Of a stretch of 64,000 nucleotides of DNA, positions 25,001 to 40,181 are shown piece after piece. The DNA lies in assembly GCF_006345805.1 (NCBI RefSeq), contig NC_042998.1:118048001-118112000 (forward strand), written 5' to 3'. A model generated the notes under the pieces. That model was not told the DNA's origin. It was given only the letters and a program-made list of their open reading frames with translations, and did not search any database. The DNA comes from Octopus sinensis. Lineage: Eukaryota. A program made the translations under genes and the position numbers. The stretch's first letter is position 1; every line of letters begins with the position of its first letter.

Positions 25001-26841
25001 TTAGAATGATTTTCAGCTGCCTACACTCGCTACTCACAGAATTCGTAAATAATATATCTATATCAGAATTTGGAGTTGTAAATCCAATTATTTTACTTAT
25101 ATTTCTATCAAACCTTCTTTGTCGCTTTATCATCCAGCTGAAACTATTATAATTAGAACCAATTTGTAGAGCAGCTTGTGTATTGGTGTATCTCAATTTA
25201 TTTCTTTGTATTTGGCTTTGCTTTAAGTAATATTGTATCATACTTATAATATCCATCGTTATGTATTTCTTTCAATCCTATGTCTGTGTTTACACGGAGC
25301 CGTTCGTTGATTTTTAAATATTTGTATATTTATATTTGCACATGTATAATAGTGTTTGTATTCTGTATTACATGATGTTTGTGTGCTGAATTAAGATACC
25401 TCTGTTTAATGTTGTTTTGGTACATAACCCTAATTCGAATTCCATATCAATTTTTTCCTGGTGAATTGCTATAATGTCTATTTCCAGAACAGCATGCGAG
25501 GCCAGCAGTACACGACACGTGCTTAACTATATTAACATATCATTTGTACACAAGTCCAGTCATGTTTTGAATATTAGTTAAAGAAGACAGAAAATATGGG
25601 AATGGAAAGAAAGAAGAACTTTCGAATATTTCTCTTCTAGTTGAGAATTGTTTCCTTTATATAATAATTAATTTTGCCTATATCAGTAAAATTCCTACTT
25701 ATAAATTGTGTCATGTATCTCATTAATGGTGCCAGTGTTTTCACGATCCACCTGTGAGAAAGACTGTCAAAAGTCATCTGGTCCTCAATCAATACAATGC
25801 TCAGAATTTGTCTATACATCCCGTAATTTTTGATAGGGTTTTTTGTCAACAATTGGTCATTCTTGGTTTATGAGCCTATATTGAATCACACGATGTGTTA
25901 AAACTTTCTGTTCGTGTTTGAAATATTTATTTATAAATAGTAATATTGCACTAATTTTTATCAGGATATTTATCCCGTAGTTACATTGGAAAGGTATTTT
26001 CAGCACACTTACAATTCGTGAGAGGAATTGTGTACTTATTTAAGCAATTATTAGATATTTTTCTATAAATTTATCCTGTATCCGTTCATATTTTTAAATA
26101 CTGCATGGCGTACACCCAATTTTAGTACTAATCAGGAGCTTGAGATATATTTCTCTTCGTCTGTATGATACTTCCTTGTTCTCACGCCACTCCTACCTCT
26201 CCCGCCCCACATGTGCCTGACAAATTCTCTACGCATCTTTTGGCACTTATATTTTGATGCGTTTTTTGTCAATACAATATTTTTTACTTAGAGTGGTACT
26301 TCAATCGACACTTGTAATTATATAATTTAATTTGCACGTGGATGCACGTGTAATTTTTTTATCCTTTGTCTTTGAATACGTAAATGACACATGCGCCGTT
26401 GTTCCATTGTATAAATTTTTAAGTTAGTCTAAAATAACAGAGAGAATATCATTTTGCTTACAATATCAAACAACATTGAGCAATATTTAATCAACCTCAA
26501 TCAATATAAATGTAGAATAATGTATAAGATTACATGTCTCAAAGAATGTATTAAGCTATAAAAAGCATTAGGTCTTCAAAAATAAAAGCACATAGAAGTA
26601 TATCAACATATTCTTTAAAAATGAGTAAATGAGAAAGATATATAGAAAAATCGAGCAACCTTATCGAAAAAAGTTGACATGACTGACCTGTTGTAGGGCA
26701 TAAACAATTACGTGAAATAACATAATTTTTGCTTACTGGAATAAGGCATTCCTTTGTCACTAACAATACAGATTGAATTCTTACTGTTAGCGATATGGAG
26801 TTTTCAACAGAAAAATCCATACCGCGAATATATTTTTTGGT

Positions 26842-26975
26842 AATATTAGTTTCAAGTTTTGGTACAAGGCCAGGAGTTTGGGGTAAGCCGATTACATTGA
26901 ACCGAGTACTCAAGTGGTACTTATTTCATCAATCCCGAAAGTATGGAAGGCAAATTTGACCTCGGCAGAATTATG
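26842..26975 (-). mobile_element. Degenerate Nin/Deu SINE fragment
   Basis: ggtacttatttcatcaatcccgaaagtatggaaggcaaatttgacctcggcagaatt matches 21935-21995. Confidence 0.7.
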
Positions 26976-27061
26976 ATGTGATAATATCAATTTCTGTTTA
27001 AGATGCCGACCCGAAGGACCGTTAGCTGACAGAATTTCTTTCAGGTGCTGAGTTGATAAAA

Positions 27062-27260
27062 TCGTCAGCAGAATCGTTAGCACGCCAGACAAAATGTCTG
27101 GCGCCATTTCATCCGTCTTTACATTCTAGATTTAAATATCGATGTGGTCGACTTCAACTTTCATCCTTTCAGAAACGAGAAAATATGTACCAGTTATTCA
27201 CTAGGATCGATGTAATGAACTTGCCGCCTCTCCCAAAATTGCTGGCTTTGTGCTAAATTA
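27062..27260 (+). mobile_element. Degenerate Nin/Deu SINE
   Basis: gcagaatcgttagcacgccagacaaaatg...ggtcgacttcaactttcatcctttc. Confidence 0.75.
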
Positions 27261-30200
27261 TGTATCTCGATAGGAAGTGTGTAGCTGAGTGAGTATACTC
27301 AAAACGAATCAGTTTCTTAATTTTATGAATCCAAAATACAAACGATAAGTATATTCTCATAATAGTTCGAACTTAGAAATTACTGGCGCGCAAATAAACA
27401 ACGTATTTCATGTAATTAGCTTTTACAACCTCCATGCCACAGATGTTATATAAATTCATGACTAAGTAGTTCATTATTTATCATTGGCAGTTATTGCAGG
27501 CCTTCAGTTTGAATATAATATCACCAGTATTTTCTTGATACTGTTTTGATGTAACTCATAGGTAGATGGATAGGACGGGCGTAATAGAGTTACACCGACC
27601 ACATTCTAGAAAACATACTTTTGGTGAAGAAAACTTACACAAGTAGCCGAACAGTTAAATACCATATCTGGGACTACATATATGAGAAACAAACTCTTTC
27701 ATCCAACGGATTTTTAGTTAGCCTTTATTATTTATTTGGAATTAGATAATGGAGTACTTTTATACCTAAATTATTAACTATTTACTTACAACTCATAAAT
27801 TAACGTTCACACTGAATTCTGATGCTCTTTGTGGCAAAGATGTAGGTAAAAATCAATAGCATTTCCTAAGATACGAAAAGTCTGCATCTTTTGTCTGTTT
27901 GCAAGAATTCTTATCCTCGTGGGTGGGTGAAAACATATCAATTCCAATAGAATTTGCTTGCATAGATGCCGAACTATTGAAATACGGGCAGTTATGAAAC
28001 AAACTTCTCACTTTAACCACGCAGCCATAACTGTATCTATGATACTGGTAACCGAAATTATCATTGAGCCATATTTCTGATGTTCTTGTAATTACATTTT
28101 TTTTCTTTTTTCTTTGAAATTATATTATTTGATAAAATATCAATAACGAATGTAATGTGTAAACAGTTGCAAATCAATGATCGAATAATATCATTGATTC
28201 TACACTAAATCGAACATTTATATAAGGAATCTTTCTTGCTGAATGATACTCTGGCGATTCTAAAAATTATAACATTAATAGATTACACTATGTTAGTTGT
28301 CATGAAACCAAATGGCGAATCAAGTTTTACTGCCATTACTTAAAAGCCACTTAAATTATCAGAAAGATGAAACTTTTTCGTGTATTGAAACTTTGAGTGG
28401 TTTGTATATAGAGAAGCAAGCTGTGTTGTTCATTTCACCGTTGGAGGTCCATTTGTTAATCAATCTGTTTGAGAAATTTCAAAATCGATAGCATTTTATA
28501 TGCGCGACCTGTTGATTTCTTGAGAATTTAAGTAAAACCATCAATGAACCAATTAAATATTATCGATATCTTAGCAAATCGTCAACGCTGCGAATTACTT
28601 CCACTAGCCTTTCAAGTAATTGAATGAATTCTGTTGCTAGTATTTATATAGATACCTTTAAATACACATAAAAATATATATCTTATACGGACATATACGG
28701 AAATGCGAGGAGGCACGTATTAGGATAAAGACTTGGGTAACTCAACGTGAGAGCTTATACGTATTTGATTGAATTGCGACACTTAGTAACTATGTAAACT
28801 CAGATAGCAACATTATTTTAGATTCGATGGAGCACATTAAACTATCTGGTCCCTGGTGAACTTAACCTACGGATATTAAGAAATTACAATCGCACAAATA
28901 CACTCATAAATACGTGTGTGTTTGTGTTTGTATGATTGCTCTTATATCCATATCTATCCTTTCATTTTAGCTTCCTTTCTTTAGAAGCAAATATGATTTC
29001 AATAAGTCAAAAAGTTGTCCTGTATGTATTTGATTTTTGTTCAGTCTAAATTTATTATACTTTGCCCAAGTCTATTGGTATGACTGTGAATTAATTCCCT
29101 TGCCTTATATCCGTTTTACCTATTCAAAATTAACTTAGGATATAAATATTAACCTCTATGTTTACATACTTCGGAAACGTATATTTGCAGTAATCCACCT
29201 TGGACAACTACTGAACTGATAATGCCTCTTGAAGCAGAAATAGTGCTCACAGCAGTCCACTTGTCTCCAGACAATGATTTTTTACAACGACAGGCCAGTC
29301 TTTCAGATTTAACCAATCAAATCACCTTTGCATTCACAATTGCCAACAGGCGTACTTTTTACGTGTTTCGAGTCGAAGTTAATGCCAGTAACTACATATT
29401 ATTTCAAATAATTCTAAACAACATTAGTCTCCAAATGTATAAATATCATACGCACATATGAATAGGTATGTGTGATTATGTACGTTTGTGCGCATATGCT
29501 TTTTCAATTTAGGGCTTCAGCGCCATGCTAATGCTATCTGAGTATTAATGTTATGAGGGCATAGATTACGCGGGTGCATAGAACGATATCAGAAGGTAGG
29601 CAATTGATAGAATAAATATAATACTCATCTTACGAGTGAGCAGTAGTTCCTATATCCTACACACAGACGCATATCAGGCTAAAATTGCTTGTTCGCCTTA
29701 GTATGTATGCATGTATGAATATATAAGTGTATATGATAGATATACATATACAGACACAAACACACACAGACACACATGCACAAAGATGTGTGGGGTGGTG
29801 GGGGTGGGGGTGTATACATTTTATGTAGAAAGATTTAGAAAGTGAGAGAGATGCATTGATATTTAGGTAGAATAGAGGTAGATATACAGAGAGAGATTTT
29901 AAGGGAAAGTACGTAGAAGTAGATACACATTATAAAAGAGTGCTAGAATAAACAATTCCTGTTTCATTCGGCGAATATCAGATTAAATAAACATTTAAAT
30001 AAAAAAAACCAATATTTCAATCGTACAATCGGGGTTTAACCAAGTCAACGTAATCATGCAACACACATTATATGTTCCGTTATATGCACTGAAGCGTTTA
30101 GCTGCAACTATTTCTTTTGATTCGGAAATTTTCTTGTTTTATATATTCTTCTGCCCGTCTTTATTCGCATAAATAAATCCATTCAGCAATATGCTGCAAT

Positions 30201-31519
30201 TACAGTTTGTGAAATCCATATCAAAAATGAAATTGATGAGTTACCTTCATGCTCCAGCGAAGTTTCATTTTGAAGCATTTCTAATGATTTAACTTCAGCA
30301 GGATAACTATCCAGTTCCTGTAAAATCTGTACGGCAAAATGGCTTTTGTGATCACTATTTTCCTATAATATATTTAATTAAATATGTTATACTTATTAAA
30401 CCGAACAAAGTAACATGAAGCATGCATTGCTTCTTAATTATTTCAACGTTGCTTCAGCTACGGCTGAGATGCAATGATGTTATTATCCACTATCTCTCTT
30501 TTGTGTTATCTTCAGTACACATGTTAAAAATAATAAGATACACTATCGGAATGGTGATGGTGATGATGATGGTAATTTCTTAACCACTAAGGGTTTTCAA
30601 AAATGAATAAGGACCGCACTACGCAATACTGAGATTACATGAAAAAACAATAATTACTGATTCAAACTGCATACAATTCTCCCGATAAATTTGGCAAAGG
30701 TTTTCTCTCTATTGTTCCCCTTCAATCTACAGGCGCATGGTTAGAGTAGGCTCATTTACTCGGACCGTACACGGAACTTTTATCCACCTTTCACCAAATT
30801 GGCTAGGAGGAAGCACAGCCTACTTCAACTTCACCATCCTTCATCTTAAGTGGCACCGAAATTGCATTTGTTCTTCAAAAGCTTTGCTTGAAATTTACTA
30901 ACATATTTCAGATAGATATCCTCCTTTTAAAGAAATATTTTCTCTCTACCTATTGTAAATTTTAGACATAACAAAAATATATGAGAATCTATTACCTCTA
31001 ATTGTAATCAAAACTGCATTGGGGCTTTGAACTTTGTACACTTAGAGTCGCAAACTAAGTATAACAGGTGAATTACATCACACATTATAACAGAATTGTT
31101 ATAATTTATACAGGTGAGAATTGCAATAATTTGTTGTACAGAGCTGAAGGTACCAAACATAATTTGATTTAATGGGCATAGGCATGATGTCAGAGAGTAC
31201 ACTAGGTAAATCACTGGACGAATAGTATGAGAATTCCATCAGATCTATACAAAACGTTTTGATTAAGGCATATCATGCGTTTCCTTTATATTTCATTCTT
31301 GGCCTTTTTTCCCTCTTTTAACTAATTACAAACAAGTGAGACTTGATGACATTAGTTTTTACTTCTTTTTTTGTCTAGAACGGATTGCAGGATATTCCAG
31401 CTGAATATTTCTACTTTTCTTTCATTTTCCATTTTGAATACTAAAACAGACGTTCGAATTATTGTGCAATTCAACAAGAGTCAACCTGCGTTGTATTACA
31501 TATTGCTTTGCGCTCTTTT

Positions 31520-31520
<1 letters not shown>

Positions 31521-31564
<44 letters not shown>

Positions 31565-31641
31565 CACTACTACTACTACTGCTGCTGCTGCTACTGCTGC
31601 TGCTACTACTACTACTACTACTACTACTAAAATAATAATAA

Positions 31642-31676
<35 letters not shown>
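31521..31676. repeat. (ACT)n/(GCT)n/(TAA)n microsatellite
   Basis: Direct inspection. Confidence 0.95.
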
Positions 31677-31677
<1 letters not shown>

Positions 31678-31684
31678 CAACATA

Positions 31685-33000
31685 ACCTGAAGGAACCAAG
31701 GTTGAAAAGGGAAATAACGCAGTTTATTAACGAGATCAGGAAGCATAGTAATATTTTGTGATATGAAAAAAGAAATAAAGATCAGCGAGAGAAATATGTT
31801 GAGCTAGAGAGGAAGTATAGGGTGAAGAGAAATGGAATCACTGTTGTGACTGACGAATTAAAACAGAGATTGAAAGCTAAAGCACATACACTAAAGAGAT
31901 ATGGACAGAGAATTGAGCATTACAGATTAAACAGACTTTTCGAACAAAATCAGACATGAGTCTATTAGGAAGTGGATGGGAAAGAAAAAAATGAAAAAGC
32001 CGTGCTAGATGCTGAAGAAAGCAAAAGATTCCGGGCAAACATTTGGTCTCAGGAGATGCAAAACGAATATGATTGGGAGTGGTTAAATACACTCAAAGAG
32101 GAGAGCGGAGATTATCAACAGGAGGATTTGAAAATAAACGAGGAGATGATTATAGAACATTATAGAACAGTGCAGGAGAATTCCCAACTGGAAAGCGCTT
32201 GGCCCAGATGAGGTTCATGGCTTTCGGCTTACAATATTGGCAGCTCTGCACAGGAGAATTGCGAGACAGCTGAACGAAACACTGAGTAGTGGCATCCAAG
32301 TACTGGCCAAGATGACAAAAGAAGGAACAGTACTATGCCAGAAGGACCCAAGTAAAGGGAATGCGGTTTGAAATTTTCTACTAGTTTCTTGTTTGCCACT
32401 GATGTGGAAACTGATGATGCCCATCATATCGAACACCATCTATATGTACCTAGATGAGAACGACCTACTAGTGGAACAAAATGGGTATAGATATAAGAGT
32501 AGAGAAACGACGGATCAATTACTAATCGATAAGACTATCTTGGCTGTCTGCAAGAAGAGAGAAAAAATTGGCGATGGTATGGATGGACTACAGGAAAGCA
32601 TATGACATGTTCCCACACCTGTGGATTATTGAATGCCTGAAACAGCTTAAGGTCTCCCACAATATCATGAAGTGACTACAAAGCTCAATGGCAACGTGGC
32701 GAACTGAACTCACAGCATGGGGAAATAAGCTGAGAGAGGTAAATAATACAAGAGGAATCTTTCAAGGGGATAGTCTGTCGCCTCTCCTATTTATAGCCTG
32801 CATACTGCCACTAACGAGTGTTTATGAAAGATATGTGCAGGGGGTGGGTTTATATACTGGGCAGGTTTAAAGTAAACAACCTGTGGTTTATAGATGGCCT
32901 AAAGCTATTTGCTAAGACTGAGAAACAAATTGAGTTTCACGACATGGAATTTGGGATCGAGAAATGTGTAATGATTTTAAAAAGAAGGATAAACAGTAAA
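31685..33000 (+). mobile_element. Decayed RLE-clade (R4/Dong-like) LINE, RT domain
   Basis: PNWKA.GPD, CLPLMWKL, TTDQLLIDK, DYRKAYD, GIFQGDSLSPLLF, FIDGLKLFAK, MEFGIEKC; begins right after a (TAA)n tract. Confidence 0.9.
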
Positions 33001-33019
33001 ATTCTAAAGTATATTCTCA

Positions 33020-33826
33020 TTTCCAACAGTGCTCCTCCCTATATGTAGTAGACATGCAAGTCCCCTCTTCCAAAATTCAGTTATCCGTGATGAAAGACAC
33101 TCCTCCAGTAGTTCCGACCTCTTCAACTGAATACATATTTTTCCCATCCAAATAATTTTGAAGACGGCAGAATAAATGATAGTCAAATGGGGCAATGTCC
33201 GGCGAATATGGTGGATGGGACATCGTTTCCCTTTCAAACTGCTCCAGCCTTTGAAATGTAATTTTTGCTGTATGTGGCCGAGCATTATCCTGATGGAAGA
33301 ATGCCTTTCGTCTTGAAACCAAAGACGGCCCTCTTTCTTCTAACGCTGACTTGAACGACTGGTTGAATGACCAAATCCACACTTCTCTTCTAGTTCCTCA
33401 ACAGTTACTATGTGATTTTATTCCACCAGGGTTTGCAGGACGTCCTTGTCAAAATCTACATATCTTTCAGGTCAAGGTTCGTCTTTCGGAATTTCTGGAA
33501 CCACCGTTGACACTTGATTACAATTATTGTCCGAGCCACATATACTGCATTAATAATCCTCGAGCTTTCCATTGCCTTACAGTTTATGAGTATATTGAAC
33601 TCAGAAAGCAAAATAGCAGGATATGGTCTTTTACCACTTCCATTAAAGCTTTGGGAAAATAACTTAAAATCGAACTGCACTCTTCAAAACTTGCACTGAG
33701 GATAACTACTAGGTAAAATTACTACCTGCTATTATAGAAAGATGATGCAGGTAGTTTATCCCGTCTTCCCCCGACTTTTAGTTCATGCAATGGATAAACA
33801 CGCATTATTTATGGGATGATCCAATA
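33020..33826 (-). mobile_element. Mariner transposon remnant, internally deleted
   Basis: FHQDNARPH...HPPYSPDIAPFDYHLF catalytic motifs; CQRWFQKFR HTH segment; TIR-like TATTGGATCATCCCATAA ending at 33826. Confidence 0.92.
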
Positions 33827-33850
33827 CATTTGTATACATTTCATATCAGT

Positions 33851-34150
33851 AGGCGGAAGCGTGGTTGTGCATTATGAAGCTTGATACATAACTATTCGGT
33901 TCCGAACTCAGCCCCATGCGTGGCATATTGTGCAGGTGCTTTCTACTATATTGCCAAGGCAACCAAATCGTTGCGGATAGATTAAGTATTATATGTATAT
34001 GTGTTTATTTTTGTTCCCCTCTGTCACTTGATAACCGATATTTTAAGCAAGAAGCTTTAAAATGAAAATTACCGGTGTCGTTATGTCGAATTAGACACTT
34101 CAAGGCTTTCCTCCAGCAGTAACTGGAACAAGTAAAAAATAAAAGATAAA
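33851..34150 (+). mobile_element. Degenerate CORE-type SINE
   Basis: ggcggaagcgtggttgtg...ggttccgaactcagcccc...ttctactata...actggaacaagtaaaaaataaaaga. Confidence 0.7.
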
Positions 34151-37100
34151 TGATATCGGCCTACATGTCTCTCCCAGACATATTTCCGCAGTGTGAAAAA
34201 TAAATGAACAAAACAGAAAACGTAACTATAGCTCTGACATGGTAACCTTGTCTATCTATTTCCAAATCTCTGGTGGCAGTAGAAAACTTCACTTTTTAAT
34301 TACTGTATCCTTTTCGCCTACTGCTAGATTTATTCATCCAGCAGCATCTAGCCGCCGCAAACATCATCACCTTCACCTACTGTTGTATTGTCGATAGAAT
34401 ACATCTGCTAATACACAGCACAACGTGTCAGCTAATGTAAGCGTTATGACACTACTTCCAAGCGGCAATTTTCCTTCACCCACAACACTTTCAAAATCCA
34501 TAATCTCAGGAACATTTCTAAATCCAAAATCGCTCTAGAAACGCACCACTAATTCAGACTATTTCCATAGTACCTAAACAATTATTCTAAAATTCATCCC
34601 CTCAAAAAAATGTTATCCTACTAAACATGCTCCCTATCGATAAACCTCAGCTACTATATTACCATCATCCATCGTTCATCAATGCTGCTGATCCATAACG
34701 ACGCAAGTTAGGAAACGAAAACTGAAGAATCAGAGGGAACGATTAAGACATTTCCAACTACAGCTGCTGCGACTCCAGGCGCCAACCGTACACTTTCTTA
34801 GAAAAGTCCTTTTTAATCATGCGTAACGTACCTGAGAAAATCCATAAAAGTATTCTTAATATAACTCATTAATTTATTCCTGTTCGACCAAAAGTTCCCA
34901 CTGATGCAATCAGGTAGCAGAAAAAAAATTGACACGACTGGAAGCGTCACAAGGAAAAGCCTAGCTTACCATTGACAACTAAAGGTTGGCGGTAACAGCT
35001 CGTGTATAAATGCACAAAAAAGAAAACTACGATATACTGAGGGAGAGATTGTCGATAACCGAAGTTAATCTTTCTTTGCGTCTCAACTGAGACTCAGCTT
35101 AGCGATTTTCATTTAGCAGCTTGCAATGGAAGAGATTATGCCACATTCTTAGAGAACACATACGCCGAAAAAAGGGAGGCACTATTTTCTTTCATACCTC
35201 TTTCATCTAGCGAAAATATACAACGTAAGGAAAATAGGGAATATTTACAAGTTATGCAAGACGCATTTATGTAGCTATCACTGTTCGTTTAGTCAGTCAA
35301 TGTTGAACTGGTGAATATATTTGTGTCTATGTGTATAAGTATGTGAATGTTTGTTTGCATATAATATCTGATTGGAGATTTATGCCAAATCTTCCCTAAT
35401 GCTTATCTGAATTATATTTTTCGTTTTATATGTACGCACATATGCTTTAATTTCCTGCTGAGATGTAAAAGAAAGAACGTTTTAAGAGTATCTTCATTAG
35501 CGATATAGTATGTGAATGCGTATGGGAAATGGAATATTAAAACATTTGGAATGATGGAGAAAGCGTATACATTTTGAAGTTCATTAAACCAAGTAGGTTT
35601 CACTTTGTTGAAGCATATAAACCTTAGAAAAGTAACTACATGTTTATAAATTATGCCACTGGGAAGGGATGCTATTCTATAGCATAATTTAAAACATAAT
35701 ATAGTATATATTATAAACTCAAAATTATTTAGCTAACACAAATTGTCAGTTTACTATAATATTCTGACGTATTTTTCTTATACAATTCAATTTATATATA
35801 ATAAATACATTTATTTCCCTCCTATATCCATCTGATATTTACGCATCAATAATTATATCTGGTGATATTTAAAATTCCTTGTATAGCTTCGAATAGTTCA
35901 CACGGTTGTTCTACGACAAAATGTTATATCGTTCGAAACCTGTATTATACATTAGCGTTTTTTATTATTTGCCTTTCTCACTCGTCACTTCATTGCTCTA
36001 AATCGCTCCTGTTTCAATACGTAATCCTACGACTTTTCTTTATATTTTCCTATTACATAATAGAACCGAAACTTCCACGTATCTCAGTATTTTCCCTTAC
36101 CATCCTACTTGTCCTGTTTTCCCTATTTTCAATCACAAGCGCCACTGATGCACGAGCTTTTTTTAATCAATAATTCTGCTTAAATCAATATATAGGATCG
36201 CTCTAAAACATTTTCTTAATTTATTTGTTTTGTTGTTATTTTTCCTTTCAACCTTTTCTCTATAATTTCTCAAACACATTTTCTTTTATCTTTAATCTTT
36301 TAATATTAATTTCCACTTTTTCATATGAGACCGAATTCTATATCAACGCCAAAACATATGTGATCCCAAATTAAATTACGTGTTTATTTTCAAATAATTT
36401 ACGTTTATGTATCTTCAATCGAATGGTTATAAATACATATTTATCGCCAAACCACTAATAACGGGTAACCAGATATAAGGAACTTAGAGTCGTATTGGTA
36501 ACGTTTGAAATTCAATTAAGTATTTTATTATTTTATGCTCTGATGTACGTGCACTCATACTTCGACACAGATATGTGTACACATGTGCTTGTATACATAC
36601 GTATATATATATATATATACAGAGAGAGAGGGGGAGAGAGAAATACTTATATAGAGAGGAAAAATACTGTAGTTTCATTCGGTTTGTTATATATACAAGA
36701 AGGGGCTTCTCTCTAATTTAACATCAGTTATAACGATAAAGTATTTATATAACGCGATAAAGGTGTCACTCTTCGACTTCACTCGAGAACTGTTACCAAC
36801 GTTGAAATGAACACTTCCGAACATGTTCATTATTTGGAACGTTAAAAGGTGTTTCAGTATCTCACTCCCTACATACGTGTCACATTTATGTCGCAAGAAA
36901 TACTTTATAATGTATAATACCGAACAAACAAGACTTTTGTAAAATGGAAATGCAATGTACATACTATTACGCTATTCGACGGTGCACGTCGAAACAATAT
37001 GTGCCAGATGAATAAATAGGGACCATCGTTTCAAAGGTCCTGTATTGACCGATAAACACTTTAAAAATAGATACATAACACACCAACCTTTTTGTTTTTA

Positions 37101-38907
37101 AATCATAGAAACGGAAACATAACAGTTTTAACGAAATACATTTGGCATTCAAGGACAAAATATATTAATATGATTAAGAAAGAAAAAAGAAAATGCATAT
37201 AAAATTAAATATGGTAAAATCGACACTATTGAAATAATAAATAATTTCAGCTGTTTGAAATGACGTTTTTTTGTCAATGCAGCCCCGTGAAACCGTGAGA
37301 AATATCGGGACCAAATCCATAACATAGGCAAAAAACATTTATGTTTTGTGCATTGCTAACATTCAGGTCTTTTTTTTACTGCCAAAATCTATTTGGTGAC
37401 ATTACATAGTAGGCTCAAATTTTAATCATACCCACTCGATGAAAAATTATTTTGTTATTACGGAAAATGTTGAAGATGCTTTGTTTTACAATGACTAATC
37501 ATGACACTAAATGTGGGCATTCATTGTCTCGTCCAATTTAGATAAAAGGGTAACTGAAAACATTCACTTAGATACGTAAGCACTAATACCATAAGCTCCA
37601 GGATATCAGTTTTCAGGTTTACCGCTACAATACAATATTTTCGTCCATATGCAGCTTAATCCTTTTCCTTCCATGAAAGCCTATAACCCTATGGTAACAG
37701 GTTTTCATTCGCCTGAGAAGGTTGTGGTATGTTAGATTCACAGTGGCTAGCCCAAAAGCCACTTTACATAATATGTTGCATTATTCGCACGAACTGATAC
37801 AGGAAGTATGACTGACACTAATTGTAAAAAGCTAATTATGAGAATCTTATGCAAGGTAATTCGATTCACACTTGAACAGCTTGTTATCATTACGATAGAA
37901 AAAAGGAAATGACTTTGTACGTTGAAAATAATTGCTATCTAGAAACAAATGTTCTTTTTTCTTCTTTCTTCTTTCTTCTTTCTTCTTATTTCCCACTCGA
38001 TATCCTTGGAATTTAAAAGGAATAACATTATTTGAATAGCATGATTTATTAACTGCTAATTTATTGTTCCATTACGATATTATAGAGAGACGATAAAGAA
38101 GTAGGCAGTTCACAGATATAAAATATGCATGAAATATTAAATGTATGATAAATATGATAGCTTGGTTCACTTATCAAACAGATAATTTGAAAAAGAAAAG
38201 CAAAGGATATGAATTTCATATACGTTCATTCTTATATGGAAATAGGGGACCCATTACGTAAAGGGAGACAAAATTGTATAAGGTATTACACCATAGTGCT
38301 CATTCGCATGAAGATGATTTTGGCGTGATTTTGTACAGGCATTTTGCCAAGATATAATACAGACAAAAACACTTGTAAGTACCTCTCACATCTGTTAGAA
38401 CATACACACACACATGTAATGGGTCGATGATTCTAAATGATGAAGATTGTCAATAACATTGCTGGACTCGAAAGATAAACAGACTGCATTTACCTTGATA
38501 GTAATGGAAAATAAATTAAGCACATTCCAAATTATCTCTATCTCAAAAACTGTGTCTCGATAGTACATCTTTCATCGTCTTCCTTCATTAAACAGCTAAT
38601 TTAAAATGAAGACTGTTACTCTAATATAATAATCTGATTAAGTTATTGTCTATCTATTTACTGTTCAACAATTATGAAGACGTACAAGAAAGAGGAAAAG
38701 GATGGACATTGATTCTTAAAACGTAGGAAATGTTAATTAATGAAAGTGTAGACAAAATAAATTCTTGAATCTCTTTAAATGGGGAACAGGAAAAAAAAAG
38801 ATTTCCCCTGTTTTCCTTCCATACAAGATAATGGCTGAACCAAGAGGGAAATTAATACTATACACACAGACACACATCATATATGTATAAATGCGTATGT
38901 GTATGTA

Positions 38908-38961
<54 letters not shown>

Positions 38962-39046
38962 AGAAGCACATAAATGCGAAACAATGTGGAAAAGTAGTAC
39001 TCGAAACTAGCGGTAGAGTAATACGCTTTATTAAAAAGAAGTAAAA

Positions 39047-39068
39047 ATAATTAAGATGAGTATATATA

Positions 39069-39099
<31 letters not shown>

Positions 39100-39113
39100 C
39101 TCATCTTAATTAT
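39047..39113. repeat. Inverted repeat closing around a (TA)n tract
   Basis: ataattaagatgag-(TA)n-ctcatcttaattat. Confidence 0.9.
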
Positions 39114-40086
39114 ACACACACACACACGCACACTCTCACACACACACAAACACATACACACGCACGCACGCGCACACACACACACACATATATATATATA
39201 TCAAAAGCTACTGACCATTTTAAAATATGCAATTTTATATACCTATTTTCGTGTTTACATATTAAAAGCTTATCCAAAAACAACTAGCTTTCAGCAAGAT
39301 CTATTTATTTACAATGTTTTTGTTTCCATCAAAACACAAAACATGTCTGGAAAATGTATTAAACCTTGATGCGCAATTTATTGTTATTCTTTTCTTTGAA
39401 AAGAGGGCCTGCTGCTTTACGGTCGTAACTATTGGATATGATAGATAATTCCCATGATTATTTCGTCTAGTGGCAAAATATATTAGTTACTGTAGTACTA
39501 GCTAGTTCATAAATTACATGATACAAACGGTAAATATAAGTTTAAAGTATGTCTGCTATATTAATATAAAACTGGGGCTATGCAACGACAATGAGAAATA
39601 TGTTATCAATCTGCCTTAAGTTTGCAAACATCTTACATAATATAAATCCACCATTTCTACTAATTATATTAGTGATTGAAAATACCTCTGCTAAGGTATT
39701 GTCACATGCGAACGTAGCAAACGTTACTAATATAAAATAAATATTTGAGATTATCTCATACAATTCGTCTAGGTACTAATCATAACTCAACCATTAAAAC
39801 TATAATCTTACCGACTCCATTACATTTTCTGCTGGTTTAAACACACGCAAAGACACATACCCTTATACAATTACATAATGTATACATAATTATATATAGA
39901 AGCGTGCGGTTCGTGTTTGTTTGGAGAAATTCGGAATAGGTAGATCATGAAAGATTAAAAGTAATAATATAAATAAAAGCGCAAAAGCTTTAAATAAAAG
40001 AGAGCAATACAGAAAACGATAGGAATTGTGTAATATATGAGAGTATACGGCATTGGTTTCCGCATAAAGATATATGTATATATGAG

Positions 40087-40181
<95 letters not shown>

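Noticed and set aside
30733-30901. Plus-strand acceptor followed by an open frame of about 55 codons
   Set aside because: No donor, partner exon or recognisable protein.
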